Part shown: piece after piece, positions 1-15,000 of the stretch
Layout of the letters: the number at the start of each line of letters is the position of its first letter
Numbering within the stretch: position 1 is the stretch's first letter
NCBI GenBank assembly: GCA_963722305.1
Contig: CAVRKE010000002.1
Span: forward strand, 379,878-443,877
Source of the DNA: Candidatus Levyibacteriota bacterium
Lineage (GTDB): Bacteria; Patescibacteriota; Microgenomatia; Levybacterales; UBA12049
Reading direction: 5' to 3'
DNA length: 64,000 bases
Notes under the pieces: model-generated
What the model was told of the DNA's origin: nothing
The model's database searches: none
The model's input: the letters and a program-made list of their open reading frames with translations, nothing else
Position numbers and translations under genes: made by a program

Positions 1-2
1 AT

Positions 3-3000
3 TTTACTAATGAACTCCCTTACGGACAGATTGTTGCCCCAACTGCCATTAACGATTATTTTGTTTTGGGAGGAAGCACGGTCGAAACCGGAACGCTGAC
101 TTTTAACCCGGCAGCCGCCAACTTAACAATTGGCACCAATAATACCGGCAGCGGTGGACAAAACGGTACTTTGACTTTATATTCTGCCGGCAATGCTGTG
201 ACCGATACTTATCTAACCACCAATAATAATGGCGATCTATTAATCCCTACTAATAACGTCGGCATTGGCGCCACTCCGACAGATTTAGACGCGGATAGTA
301 ATCCGTTTAAATTGGAAGTGGCCGGCAGCATTGGCCCCAACCAAAACGGAGTTTATGATTTGGGCTCGCCAACCATGCAATACAGAAATCTCTATTTGAC
401 TGGTCAGACAACCTCCGGCGGAAACATCACTATCGCCAACACCTCCCCATCAATCACGTTTACGGATACCACTCCTTTGGAAAATGAATATGAGATTAAT
501 GTCGACCATTCCCAATTTACGGTTACAAACAATACGACCGGAGCTAATGCTATCACTGTTAACGCCAACGGCAATATTGATCTTGCCGGTGGATCGCTTG
601 CTACAGGGTGCACTATCGATAACGCCACCGGCAATTTGAGTTGCTCAGGCTCCGGCACTTTCGGCAACGGCCTTACCGTTACCACCGGTGCGGTGAATGT
701 AACCGGCACTTCAGGGGCATTAAGTCTTTCCGGACTGGGGGCATCAAGTATTGCCTTAACCGGAGCAAATAACTTACTCATCACTGCCAACAATTTCAAC
801 GCGACTGCAACCGGAATTAACAATACCGCCATTGGCACTGACCTTCAGTCAAGCGGTGCATTTACTACTTTAAGTGCCAGTGGGACGGTAACCCTCTCCA
901 ATCTTCCGTTTAATGGTCCTGTTTACGCAACTGCCGGCGGAGTCTTAACTTCCGAACAATATCTCTCTCCCTCAAGAGGAGGAACCGGGCTTGATGCCTC
1001 AGCTGCTCCCAACGGTTCTTTATTGATTGGTAACGGTACCGGTTATACTCTGGCAACAATCTCCGGAAGCTTAAACCAGGTAAATGTGACCAATGGCGCC
1101 GGAACAATCACCCTTTCCCTCCCCCAGGATATTGCCCTAACCTCTACCCCGACTTTTACGGGAATGAATTTGACAAGTACCAATAACCAACTGGTATTGG
1201 GAAATACCAATGCCGCTAACCATACCTTAACAATTAACTCCCCTTCCCAAACCGCTAACGTCACCGCATTAATTCCTTCGCTGACCAATCCCGGCGGCGA
1301 TACTTTTGTGTTTGCGGAGCAGGCCCAAACTCTGGACAACAAAACCATCGGCTCAAGCGGGTTGGTTTTCTCCGGAGCAACTGCGGATATTAATACCCAG
1401 TCAGGTAAAGACTTAACTGTTTCTACCACCGGACTGGGAACGCAGATTGTTCTTTCTTCGGTAGTTAAACTTGGTACCATTGCTTCTGCCCCAAGTTATC
1501 CAAATACCGCTACCACCCTTTGTCGGGATGATACCAGCGGACAAATTTCCCAATGTCCGGCCAACGCCGCCAACGTTGATTTACAGCAGGCATATAATGC
1601 CGGAAACACTATCACCACCAACAACAATAACAATATTACCTTTAACCTGGCCGGTGGCGAGACAACTTCATTTGTTTTAAACAATTCCGGAACCGCTCCC
1701 GCATTTGTGATTAACGACATGAATGCCGGGTTAGGAACTGTACTGGAAGTTCAATCTGCCACTAATCCAACGTTAACTGTTTTGGAAAACGGTACACTTT
1801 CAACTGTTGGTAATTTAATTACTACCGGCACCGGCTCGATTACTTCCGCAAGCACCCTGACTGCCCAAGCCACCTCAAACCAGCTGGTCTTAGGCACAGG
1901 CAGCGCCACTACTACTTTTAACTCCGCCGCTGCCACCGCTCAAACGGTGAATATCCCCGAACTCTTAACTTCAGATAGTGATACCTTTGCCTTCGTTAAC
2001 GAAGCTCAGACTTTGCTGAACAAAACCATCGGCTCCTCGGGTTTGGTTTTCTCCGGAGCAACTGCGGATATTAATACCCAGTCAGGTAAAGACTTAACTG
2101 TTTCTACCACCGGACTGGGAACGCAGATTGTTCTTTCTTCGGTAGTTAAACTTGGTACCATTGCTTCTGCCCCAAGTTATCCAAATACCGCTACCACCCT
2201 TTGTCGGGATGATACCAGCGGACAAATTTCCCAATGTCCGGCCAACGCCGCCAACGTTGATTTACAGCAGGCATATAATGCCGGAAACACTATCACCACC
2301 AACAACAATAACAATATTGGTTTTACCTTAGCTAATGGTGAATCAACTCAGTTTACTTTAGCCAATGCCGGCAATGCCACTTCCGCTTTTGTCATCAGTG
2401 ATGCTAATGCTGCCCACAACGCTTTGCAAATTTTATCAGGAGCTACCCCGACTTTAACCCTTGGCATCAACGGCGATATCACCACTCCCGGCAATATCAC
2501 CACTAACAGTGGCGGAACTATTACTTCAGCCGGTTTACTAACTGGGTCAAACGGATTAACCGTCACCACCGGTGCAATTAATCTTACCGGCACCTCCGGG
2601 GCATTAAATTTATCCGGCTTGAGTGCATCAAGTATTGCCTTAACCGGAGCGAATAACTTACTCATCACTGCCAATAACTTTAATGTAACTGGAACCGGGA
2701 TTAACAATACAGCTATTGGAGCAACCACTCAATCAAGCGGAGCCTTTACTACTTTAAGTGCCAGTGGGACGGTAACCCTCTCCAATCTTCCGTTTAATGG
2801 TCCTGTCTACGCAACTGCCGGCGGAGTCTTAACTTCCGAACAATACCTGTCTACAACCAGAGGCGGTACCGGACTTGACACTTCCTTGGCCCAAAACGGT
2901 GAACTTTTGATTGGTAACGGTGCCGGTCTTTCCTTAGGATACATCGGGGGAACTTTAAACCAAATTAATGTTGCCAGCACTTCCGGGACAATCACCCTTT

Positions 3001-6000
3001 CCCTCCCCCAGGATATTGCTTTAACCTCTTCCCCGACATTTGCGGGAATGAATTTGACAAATACTGCCAATCAGTTAATGCTTGGTGGAAGTGGAGCTGT
3101 TACAACCATCAGCTCTACCTCTTCTGCAAATCAAACCATCACTATTCCAACACTACTTACTTCCAACATTGACAGTTTTGCTTTCCTCAATGAAGCCCAA
3201 ACTTTAACTAACAAAACCATCGGCTCGACCGGGTTGGTTTTCTCGGGGCCGGACACGAGTGCTGACATCACCACCGTTTCTGACCAAAATTTGACTTTAA
3301 CTCCAAACGGTAGTGGACAAATTGTGCTTGGCAGCGTTGTCCAACTTGCCGCCGATTTGCCATCCGCTCCAACCAGCGCCACTACTCTTTGCCGGGATGA
3401 TGCCGCTCCCCACCAAATCGTCCAGTGCCCCGCTAACGCTATGAATGTAACGCTGCAGGAAGCATATAATGCCGGAAACACTATCACCACCAACAACAAT
3501 AACAATATTGGTTTTACCTTAGCTAATGGTGAATCAACTCAGTTTACTTTAGCCAATGCCGGCAATGCCACTTCCGCTTTTGTCATCAGTGATGCTAATG
3601 CTGCCCACAACGCTTTGCAAATTTTATCAGGAGCTACCCCGACTTTAACCCTTGGCATCAACGGCGATATCACCACCACCGGAGCACTTTCTTCGGGGAA
3701 CATCACTTCTTCGGGAACAATTACTTCCCAAGCGGTTAACAACCAACTGGTCTTGGGCAATGGCAATACCACCACCATTAATGCTATTGCTTCTTCCTCA
3801 TCCTCTTGGACTGCCACTATTCCGGCGCTAACCGGCAACGACACTTTTGTCTTTACCAACCAGGAGCAAACTTTGACCAATAAATCCTTGGTTGACGGCT
3901 CAACTTATTTGGTTAACGAAAACTATCAAACCCGAAGAGTACAGTTTGATTTAAGCGAACTGCAAACAGATGGCGTAACCAGAGTCATTACCGTTCCGGA
4001 TATGAACGGTTCGCTTTGTTTAACCACCGGAAACTGCGCCGGCACCGGTGGTGTAGTTGGCGGAAGCGGAAATGTTAATCGGCTAGCTAAATTTACCGCC
4101 GACGGTTCCACTATTGGTAATTCCAATATTCTGGACGATGGTAGTTTGATAACCGCATTGTCTGGTCTCCAAATGGCAAAATTAGCCGATGCAACCGGTG
4201 GAACACCCTTGGAAAACTCCAATATCTTTACGCTTCAAGGTTCGTACTGGACCGGAGGTGCAGCCGCTAACGCTACTTTCGGCTTACAAAATATTGTTAT
4301 TAATAATTCTCCCCTGTCTTACAAATTATCTTTCCAAAATACTAACGGAACCGAAGTCGCCAGCCTTTCGCAAAACGGAGAGCTGACGCTTTCTTCCTTA
4401 ACCGCTAACGGTCCTGTTTATTCCAACAACGGAACCTTGAACAGTGAACAATATTTGTCTACAGTTAGGGGCGGCACCGGACTTGACACCTCGGAAGCAA
4501 CAAACGGTGAACTTTTGATTGGTAACGGTGCCGGTCTTTCCTTGGGATATTTAACGGGTACTCCCAACCAGATTAGCATCGCCAGTACGGCCGGTGCTAT
4601 CAATTTCTCTTTACCTCAGGACATTGCTCTTACATCTACTCCAACTTTTGCGGCTTTAAGTTTAACCAATTCCGTCAACCAATTGACCCTGGGTACAACC
4701 GGTGCAATCACCACTGTCAATTCCGCTGCCACAGGAAATCAAACAGTCACTATCCCCGCTCTCTTAACGTCTAACTCCGACACTTTTGTTTTTGCCAGCG
4801 AAGCCCAAACTTTACAGAATAAAACCATCGGCTCAAGCGGCTTGGTGTTTTCGGGTTTAGATGCAAACGCCGACATCACCACTGTTTCTAGTCAAAACCT
4901 AACTTTAACACCCAACGGTTCCGGACAAATCGTCCTTTCCAACATCACCCAGTTGGGAAATTTACCAAGCGCACCAATTAGCCCGATTAATCCTCCATCG
5001 ACCCTTTGCCGAAACAATGACAATGGCCAAATTGTCCAATGTTCTGCCAATTCTTTGAATGTTACCCTGCAGCAGGCTTATCAAGCGGGCAACACCATTA
5101 CTACTTCCAATCTGTATCATAATCTGGCATTTAATTTAACCGAAAACACGCAGTTTACTTTAAATAATGCCGGCAGTGCCACTTCCGCTTTTGTGATTAC
5201 CGATAGCAATCCTAACAATAATGCTTTGCAAATTTTATCGGGGACAACCCCAACTTTATCACTTGGTGTCAACGGCAATGTTTCTACCTCCGGCACAATG
5301 ATCTTTACCGGTACAGGCACCAACATTACCACTATCTCCAATCAAAACCTAACTTTAACACCCAACGGTTCCGGAGAAATTGTCCTTTCCAATACTACGC
5401 AGCTCGGTTCTTTACCGTCGGCTCCGATTAGCCCGACTATTCCACCCACCACCTTGTGCCGCAATAACGACAACAGTGAAGTTATCCAATGTCCTGCCAA
5501 TGCTTTGAATGTTACTTTGCAACAGGCTTACAACGCCGGTAATACCATTACTACCAACAGCAATAACAACATTGGTTTTGTTCTGTCTTCCGGCGAAACA
5601 ACTTCGTTTACCTTAGCTAATAACGGAGACTCCACCGGTTTTGCTTTAACTAACGCCGGGCTCGGGACTGCCATGATTATTAATGATACTAACGCAGCTA
5701 CCAACAACGCTTTGGTGGTTGAGTCGGGCGGTGCCCCAACTTTAACTATCAGTGAAAACGGCAGTCTTTCAACCGTTGGTGTACTTACCGCCGGAGCAAC
5801 TGCAAATCAACTGGTTTTAGGAAACGAAACTACGGGTAATCACACTACTACTATCAGCGCCACCCCTCCTACATCCGACATGACCGCCGTTATTCCTGCT
5901 CTAACCAGTGGCATCGGCAGTGATACTTTTGTTTTTGAAAACCAAACTCAAACTTTAACTAACAAAACCATCGGCTCAACCGGCTTGGCCTTTACCGGAC

Positions 6001-9000
6001 CGGACACTAACAATGACATTTATACCATCTCCAACCAAAATTTGAGTTTATCAGCCGGAACAGGACAAATTGTTTTAACCGCAAATGCCGTACAAGTTTC
6101 TGCTCTTTCAGCAGCTGTCGGAGGAACTGTGGTTTGTCAAAACTCCTCTAACCAATTGTCTGTTTGTTCATCGAATGCTTTAAATGTAACTTTGCAACAG
6201 GCTTATGAAGCCGGCAACACCATTACCACTACTGAGGATAGAGGGATTGCCTTTACCTTAGGAACAGGTCTTAACACTTCCTTTAATCTGACTAATAACG
6301 GTACTGCTTCGGCTGCTTTTAATTTAGCTAATAACGGTACAGGAAGTGGCATCTACCTAACTAACGCCAGTACCGGTAATGGGGTTATCATTAACGATAC
6401 TAACTCCCCTACCAATATCGCCCTACAAGTCCAAAGCAATACTACTCCGACACTAACTATTAATGCTAATGGGAATTTAACAACTAGTGGAAATGTTTCT
6501 TCATCCGGAAATATCCTTACTACCGGCACAGGCACAATTACTTCAGCGGGGCTCCTGACTGCTTCTAATGGATTGACACTGACAACCGGAGCGGTGAATA
6601 TTACCGGAACATCAGGAGCACTAGCTCTATCAGGACTTTCGGCCTCAAGTATCGCTTTATCTGCGGGGAATAACTTAACGATTACTGCCGATAACTTTAA
6701 TACCACCTCAACCGGTATTAACTCTACTGCAATTGGTGCAACCACTGCCTCAAGTGGTGCCTTTACCACACTCTCATCCACCGGCAATACTACTTTATCA
6801 TCCACTGCTTTGTCTACCTTTACAGCCGGAAACACCAGCGGACTAACCACCATTAACGGTTCTTTTGTGAATATTAATGCCAATGGTCAAGGCAGTACTT
6901 TATCCTTAGGCCTGGCTGACAATACCCCAAGCGCTTTTGTGCTAACCAATGGCGCAACCGATTACATCAATGTCAACACCAGTAGTATTTCCCCGGCTAT
7001 CTCTTTTGGAGCGGTTAATACTAACTTTAACGGCAATGTTTCGATGCTTGGAACATTGGGTGTTACCGGAGAAACTACTCTTTCTGCAAACCTGGGGGTT
7101 AGTGGCAGTGCTACTGTGGGTGGAACATTAGCAGTAACTGGTAATACTTCCCTTTCGACTGTTAATACCTCTGCCTTGGCCACTCTAAACAGTGCTTCCG
7201 TTACCAATAACGAAACTGTTGGGGGAATCTTAGCTGTTAATGGGAATTTTACTGTTGGTAACAACCAATTTACTGTCGAAGCCTTAACCGGTAATACTTC
7301 TATTGCCGGAACTCTGGGAGTAACCGGTGCCACTACCCTTTCTTCAACTTTAGATGTTTTGGGACTTTCTACCTTTAATGGCGGGGCACTAATTCCAACC
7401 GGACAAGCCTTTAATGCCTCAGGGTCTGCCACCTTCACACCGGGGACTAATAACAGTGTCAGTATTAATACCGATTACTCCAATGGTTCTTACCTGACCA
7501 TCAACGGTATCGGTACTGCAGTTGGTAATGCCATTTGTTTGGATTCCTCAAACAGAGTAGTTAGTTGTAACGGTGCACCTTTTGGACTGCAGGCAGCCTA
7601 CAATACCGGCAACACCATTACCACTACTGAGGATAGAGGGATTGCCTTTACCTTAGGAACAGGTCTTAACACTTCCTTTAATCTGACTAATAACGGTACT
7701 GCTTCGGCTGCTTTTAATTTAGCTAATAACGGTACAGGAAGTGGCATCTACCTAACTAACGCCAGTACCGGTAATGGGGTTATCATTAACGATACTAACT
7801 CCCCTACCAATATCGCCCTACAAGTCCAAAGCAATACTACTCCGACACTAACTATTAATGCTAATGGGAATTTAACAACTAGTGGAAATGTTTCTTCATC
7901 CGGAAATATCCTTACTACCGGCACAGGCACAATTACTTCAGCGGGGCTCCTGACTGCTTCTAATGGATTGACACTGACAACCGGAGCGGTGAATATTACC
8001 GGAACATCAGGAGCACTAGCTCTATCAGGACTTTCGGCCTCAAGTATCGCTTTATCTGCGGGGAATAACTTAACGATTACTGCCGATAACTTTAATACCA
8101 CCTCAACCGGTATTAACTCTACTGCAATTGGTGCAACCACTGCCTCAAGTGGTGCCTTTACCACACTCTCATCCACCGGCAATACTACTTTATCATCCAC
8201 TGCTTTGTCTACCTTTACAGCCGGAAACACCAGCGGACTAACCACCATTAACGGTTCTTTTGTGAATATTAATGCCAATGGTCAAGGCAGTACTTTATCC
8301 TTAGGCCTGGCTGACAATACCCCAAGCGCTTTTGTGCTAACCAATGGCGCAACCGATTACATCAATGTCAACACCAGTAGTATTTCCCCGGCTATCTCTT
8401 TTGGAGCGGTTAATACTAACTTTAACGGCAATGTTTCGATGCTTGGAACATTGGGTGTTACCGGAGAAACTACTCTTTCTGCAAACCTGGGGGTTAGTGG
8501 CAGTGCTACTGTGGGTGGAACATTAGCAGTAACTGGTAATACTTCCCTTTCGACTGTTAATACCTCTGCCTTGGCCACTCTAAACAGTGCTTCCGTTACC
8601 AATAACGAAACTGTTGGGGGAATCTTAGCTGTTAATGGGAATTTTACTGTTGGTAACAACCAATTTACTGTCGAAGCCTTAACCGGTAATACTTCTATTG
8701 CCGGAACTCTGGGAGTAACCGGTGCCACTACCCTTTCTTCAACTTTAGATGTTTTGGGACTTTCTACCTTTAATGGCGGGGCACTAATTCCAACCGGACA
8801 AGCCTTTAATGCCTCAGGGTCTGCCACCTTCACACCGGGGACTAATAACAGTGTCAGTATTAATACCGATTACTCCAATGGTTCTTACCTGACCATCAAC
8901 GGTATCGGTACTGCAGTTGGTAATGCCATTTGTTTGGATTCCTCAAACAGAGTAGTTAGTTGTAACGGTGCACCTTTTGGACTGCAGGCAGCCTACAATA

Positions 9001-12000
9001 CCGGCAACACCATTACCACTACTGAGGATAGAGGGATTGCCTTTACCTTAGGAACAGGTCTTAACACTTCCTTTAATCTGACTAATAACGGTACTGCTTC
9101 GGCTGCTTTTAATTTAGCTAATAACGGTACAGGAAGTGGCATCTACCTAACTAACGCCAGTACCGGTAATGGGGTTATCATTAACGATACTAACTCCCCT
9201 ACCAATATCGCCCTACAAGTCCAAAGCAATACTACTCCGACACTAACTATTAATGCTAATGGGAATTTAACAACTAGTGGAAATGTTTCTTCATCCGGAA
9301 ATATCCTTACTACCGGCACAGGCACAATTACTTCAGCGGGGCTCCTGACTGCTTCTAATGGATTGACACTGACAACCGGAGCGGTGAATATTACCGGAAC
9401 ATCAGGAGCACTAGCTCTATCAGGACTTTCGGCCTCAAGTATCGCTTTATCTGCGGGGAATAACTTAACGATTACTGCCGATAACTTTAATACCACCTCA
9501 ACCGGTATTAACTCTACTGCAATTGGTGCAACCACTGCCTCAAGTGGTGCCTTTACCACACTCTCATCCACCGGCAATACTACTTTATCATCCACTGCTT
9601 TGTCTACCTTTACAGCCGGAAACACCAGCGGACTAACCACCATTAACGGTTCTTTTGTGAATATTAATGCCAATGGTCAAGGCAGTACTTTATCCTTAGG
9701 CCTGGCTGACAATACCCCAAGCGCTTTTGTGCTAACCAATGGCGCAACCGATTACATCAATGTCAACACCAGTAGTATTTCCCCGGCTATCTCTTTTGGA
9801 GCGGTTAATACTAACTTTAACGGCAATGTTTCGATGCTTGGAACATTGGGTGTTACCGGAGAAACTACTCTTTCTGCAAACCTGGGGGTTAGTGGCAGTG
9901 CTACTGTGGGTGGAACATTAGCAGTAACTGGTAATACTTCCCTTTCGACTGTTAATACCTCTGCCTTGGCCACTCTAAACAGTGCTTCCGTTACCAATAA
10001 CGAAACTGTTGGGGGAATCTTAGCTGTTAATGGGAATTTTACTGTTGGTAACAACCAATTTACTGTCGAAGCCTTAACCGGTAATACTTCTATTGCCGGA
10101 ACTCTGGGAGTAACCGGTGCCACTACCCTTTCTTCAACTTTAGATGTTTTGGGACTTTCTACCTTTAATGGCGGGGCACTAATTCCAACCGGACAAGCCT
10201 TTAATGCCTCAGGGTCTGCCACCTTCACACCGGGGACTAATAACAGTGTCAGTATTAATACCGATTACTCCAATGGTTCTTACCTGACCATCAACGGTAT
10301 CGGTACTGCAGTTGGTAATGCCATTTGTTTGGATTCCTCAAACAGAGTAGTTAGTTGTAACGGTGCACCTTTTGGACTGCAGGCAGCCTACAATACCGGC
10401 AACACCATTACCACTACTGAGGATAGAGGGATTGCCTTTACCTTAGGAACAGGTCTTAACACTTCCTTTAATCTGACTAATAACGGTACTGCTTCGGCTG
10501 CTTTTAATTTAGCTAATAACGGTACAGGAAGTGGCATCTACCTAACTAACGCCAGTACCGGTAATGGGGTTATCATTAACGATACTAACTCCCCTACCAA
10601 TATCGCCCTACAAGTCCAAAGCAATACTACTCCGACACTAACTATTAATGCTAATGGGAATTTAACAACTAGTGGAAATGTTTCTTCATCCGGAAATATC
10701 CTTACTACCGGCACAGGCACAATTACTTCAGCGGGGCTCCTGACTGCTTCTAATGGATTGACACTGACAACCGGAGCGGTGAATATTACCGGAACATCAG
10801 GAGCACTAGCTCTATCAGGACTTTCGGCCTCAAGTATCGCTTTATCTGCGGGGAATAACTTAACGATTACTGCCGATAACTTTAATACCACCTCAACCGG
10901 TATTAACTCTACTGCAATTGGTGCAACCACTGCCTCAAGTGGTGCCTTTACCACACTCTCATCCACCGGCAATACTACTTTATCATCCACTGCTTTGTCT
11001 ACCTTTACAGCCGGAAACACCAGCGGACTAACCACCATTAACGGTTCTTTTGTGAATATTAATGCCAATGGAACCGGCAATGGTTTGTCATTAGGTATTG
11101 TCGGTAATACTACCAATGCTTTCAATTTGGCAGAAGGAACCAATAATTATCTAAATGTTAATACTACCAGTGGCGCAGAAAATGTTGCTTTCGGTAACGG
11201 CAATACCAACCCTTCCTTCTCCTTTTTGGGCAACGGTAATTTTAATACCGGAACCGGCAGCGCTTACTTAAACGGTAATACCTTTGTTACCGACAGTAAT
11301 ACCTTTAATGTTGGTACCGGCGCGACTTCCTTAGGTGGAACATTAGCGGTTAGCGGTATCACTACCTTAAACTCGAATTTGCAATTATTACCGTATGGCA
11401 CCGGTACCGGTCAAACCAGTGAATTACAACTTTACGATTTGGCAGCTAACGGAAGTTATAATATTTCCTTAAAAGCTCCGGATCAACTAACTTCTAATAC
11501 ATCCTATACCCTTCCTTCTGATGATCAAGCTGCCGCTAACTATGTCTTGACTTATCAAGACCAGGGAATTTTGAAATGGGTAAACGTCAATTTGATTGGC
11601 GGAGATATTACCGCAGTTGGCAATGTACTCCAAGGGGATGCCTTTACCGGCAATGACCTTGGTAACACTTTATGGTTTAACGGACCGGGGGCTTCCGTTA
11701 ACCAATTCACGACCGCGCTGACCGGCTCTTTGGTATCTCAACCGGAAACAATTACTTTACCTGCCAACAGCGGAACAGTGGCGCTTATCCAACCGCGCAT
11801 TGCCCAAACTGCCACAGGCTCTAGTCCTTTAATTTTCTTAAATGATACAGGCACCGCCAATCTGGTACAACTACAAAATAATACCGCCGACGTGTTTGTG
11901 GTAGATAAAGATGGCAACGTCGCAATCAACGGCGGCAATATCACTACCACCCAAAACAGTGCGTCACTATTTAACTCCAATGCCACCCAAATCTCAATCG

Positions 12001-15000
12001 CTGGCGCAGGAACTACAATTTCAGTTGGTGCATCTACCGGAACCACCACCATTAACAATAAACTGGCAGTTACCGGAAACCTGGAAGCCAACGGAATATT
12101 AAATGCCAACAATACTTTTAATGCTTATGGAGTCGCTAACATCGGAGACGGCGGAGACACTATCACTCTAAATGGTTCTAATCTAACCATGACCGCCACC
12201 GGCACGTTCGTTACCAATCTTGCCGATAATACCGACAGCGTCTTCGTGATTAAACAAGGCTCAAATCAATATTTGAATGTTACCACGACCACCGGTGCAC
12301 AGAATATTGCCTTTGGTAATACTACCACCAATCCGACTTATACATTTAACGGTTCCGGCTTAACAACTTTTGGAGGCAATATTGCTGTAAACGGCGGGTC
12401 GCTTATTTCCAGTTCGTCTGCGGCAAGCATTTTCAACACTAATGTTAACAACCTTAATATCGGCGGCGCCGCCTCGGTTATTTCAATCGGCGCACCCGGC
12501 AGCGGAATCACAACTATTAATGACAACGCTGCCGTCAGCGGCAATTTGGCGGTAAACGGACCTCTATCTGCCGACATCACCTCAACTACCAACACCGCGA
12601 CTGTGTTTAATTCCGGTGTCACAAACTTATCAATTGGTAATGCTGCCAGTACTCTTTCACTTGGGGCAACCGGAGGCACAACCACTGTAAACAGTAAATT
12701 AAATGTAACCGGAAACTTGACTGCTAACGCGGAATTTGTTGCAAACGGACAAATTACTCTGCAACCTTCGGGGACAAACGGAATCAATATTATTACCGAC
12801 GCCGATTCTTTGTTAAACATCGGCGGACTATCAATTCCGGAAACATCGGCTTATTCTCTTTGTCTTGATTCTTCCAACAATGTTGTAAAGTGTCCTCCGT
12901 CTGCATCCACTTTGCAATCCGCTTATAACGGCGGCAACAGTATTTTGACCGGTAATGCCAGAGATATTGTTTTTAATCTGGCCGATACTTCTACCGATTC
13001 TAACTTTATTGTCAACACTTTATCCGGCTCAACCGGAGCAACGGAATTCGTAAGAAACAACGGAATAGGCACTGCAAGTCCAACCCAGTTGGTTTTAATT
13101 GACAATGCGGATACAACTCATATTTTACCCATTGGCTTAAAAATTGGCTCTTCCGGAACAAGCGGTGTTACTACGGCAATCGATGTTTCCGATCCATCGA
13201 TTGTTACCGCTCTTTCTTTTGGTTCAAATGATATTTCCGGTAATTACTTTACAGTTGAGGGCTCCAGCGGAAACGTTACTACCAACGGAACTTTGGCAGT
13301 CAACAGCGGCAGCATTACCACCACCTCAACCGGCACTACCGCTATTTTCAACACTAACACCACCAATCTTAGCATCGGCGGTGCGGCGACAACTTTAACC
13401 TTAGGTGCAACCACCGGCACTGCTACTATTAGAAATGGCAGCATTGAATTGCCAAACGCTACAGCTTTAGATGCCGGCAACGCTTTATTGACCATTGACT
13501 CGGCGTCAATCGGCGGAGGTTACGGCAACACCGGAGTAACGATATCTAATAGCGGCAATATCCAGGCCAACGGCACTTTGACGGTTGATAATACTTCTGT
13601 TTTAACCGGAGATGTTACCATGGGAGGAAATCTGGCGGTTAACGGAGGGAATATTACTACCATTACTTCAACAGGGAATATCTTTAATTCCCCAACCACT
13701 CTTAACATTGGACAAGCAGCAACTACGGTTTCTCTTGGCGCAACTTCCGGAACAACGACCATCAATAACAACTTAAATGTTTCTGGAAATTTAACTACTG
13801 TTGGAGCTGTCAGCTTTACGCCTGGAACAAATGGACAAAATATTACCTTTAATACCAGCGGAAACAACAGGCAACTTGTTATCTCGGGTCTTCCAACTCA
13901 AACCGGCACCTTGGTTTGTATTAACGGTACCAATGGTCAAATCACCCAATGTGCATCCGATGCCATCTCCCTGCAGTCTGCCTATGTGGGAGGAAATACC
14001 ATTACCACTACCAATAACAGGGACATTTCCTTTACACTGGCGAATACTTCAACCAACTCAAACTTTGTGGTGACAACGGCTGCTGATTCAACCGGTTATT
14101 CGGTCTTCCAAAGAGCAACCGGTTCAACTACTTATGCTCCCGATCAATTAATCTTAGTTAATAATGCCGACACTTCTATGCCGGTAACAACCGGTATAAA
14201 GTTGACCGGATTATTCGGAACCGGCATTGATGTTTCCAATAGCGGCATCACTACCGGTTTAGCTCTTGGTTCAAGTGCCATTTCCGGCAATAACTTCTCT
14301 GTTAGTTCTGGTGGTAATATTACCGCCAGCGGAAATCTATCCCTTAACGGTTCAACCATTACTACTACCAATAATACTTCTGCCGCATCGGTGTTTAATA
14401 CCAATGCTCCAACTTTGAATATGGGAGGAGCGGCAACTACTATTAGCATTGGGGCAACCAGCGGGACAGCCACTATTAATAACGCCACCCTTTCCCTACC
14501 CCATGCCACCGCTATTAATGCAGCCAATGCCGCTTTAAGTGTTACTTCTGCCAGTATTGGTGGAGGTTATGGGAACACCGGAGTGACAATTTCCAATAGC
14601 GGCAATATCCAGGCCAACGGCACTTTAACGGTTGACAGCACTTCTGTTTTAACCGGAGATGTCACCATGGGAGGAAATCTGGCGGTTAACGGCGGATATA
14701 TCACCACCACCTCAACCAGTCCTTCCTACATCTTCAATACCAATACTCCGGAACTGCATATCGGAGAAGGAGCATCAACCCTTAGTCTGGGGGCAACCAC
14801 TGGAACAACCACTGTTAATAACACCTTAACTGTAGAGAATGATTTAAATGCTTATGGTAATGTCATCTTTACCCCGGCAACCAGCGGACAAAATATTTCC
14901 TTCAATACCAACGGGAGTAATTCCAAACTTTACATCACCGGACTGCCTACCGCCACCGGCACCTTGGTTTGTATTAACGGTACCAATGGTCAAATCACCC

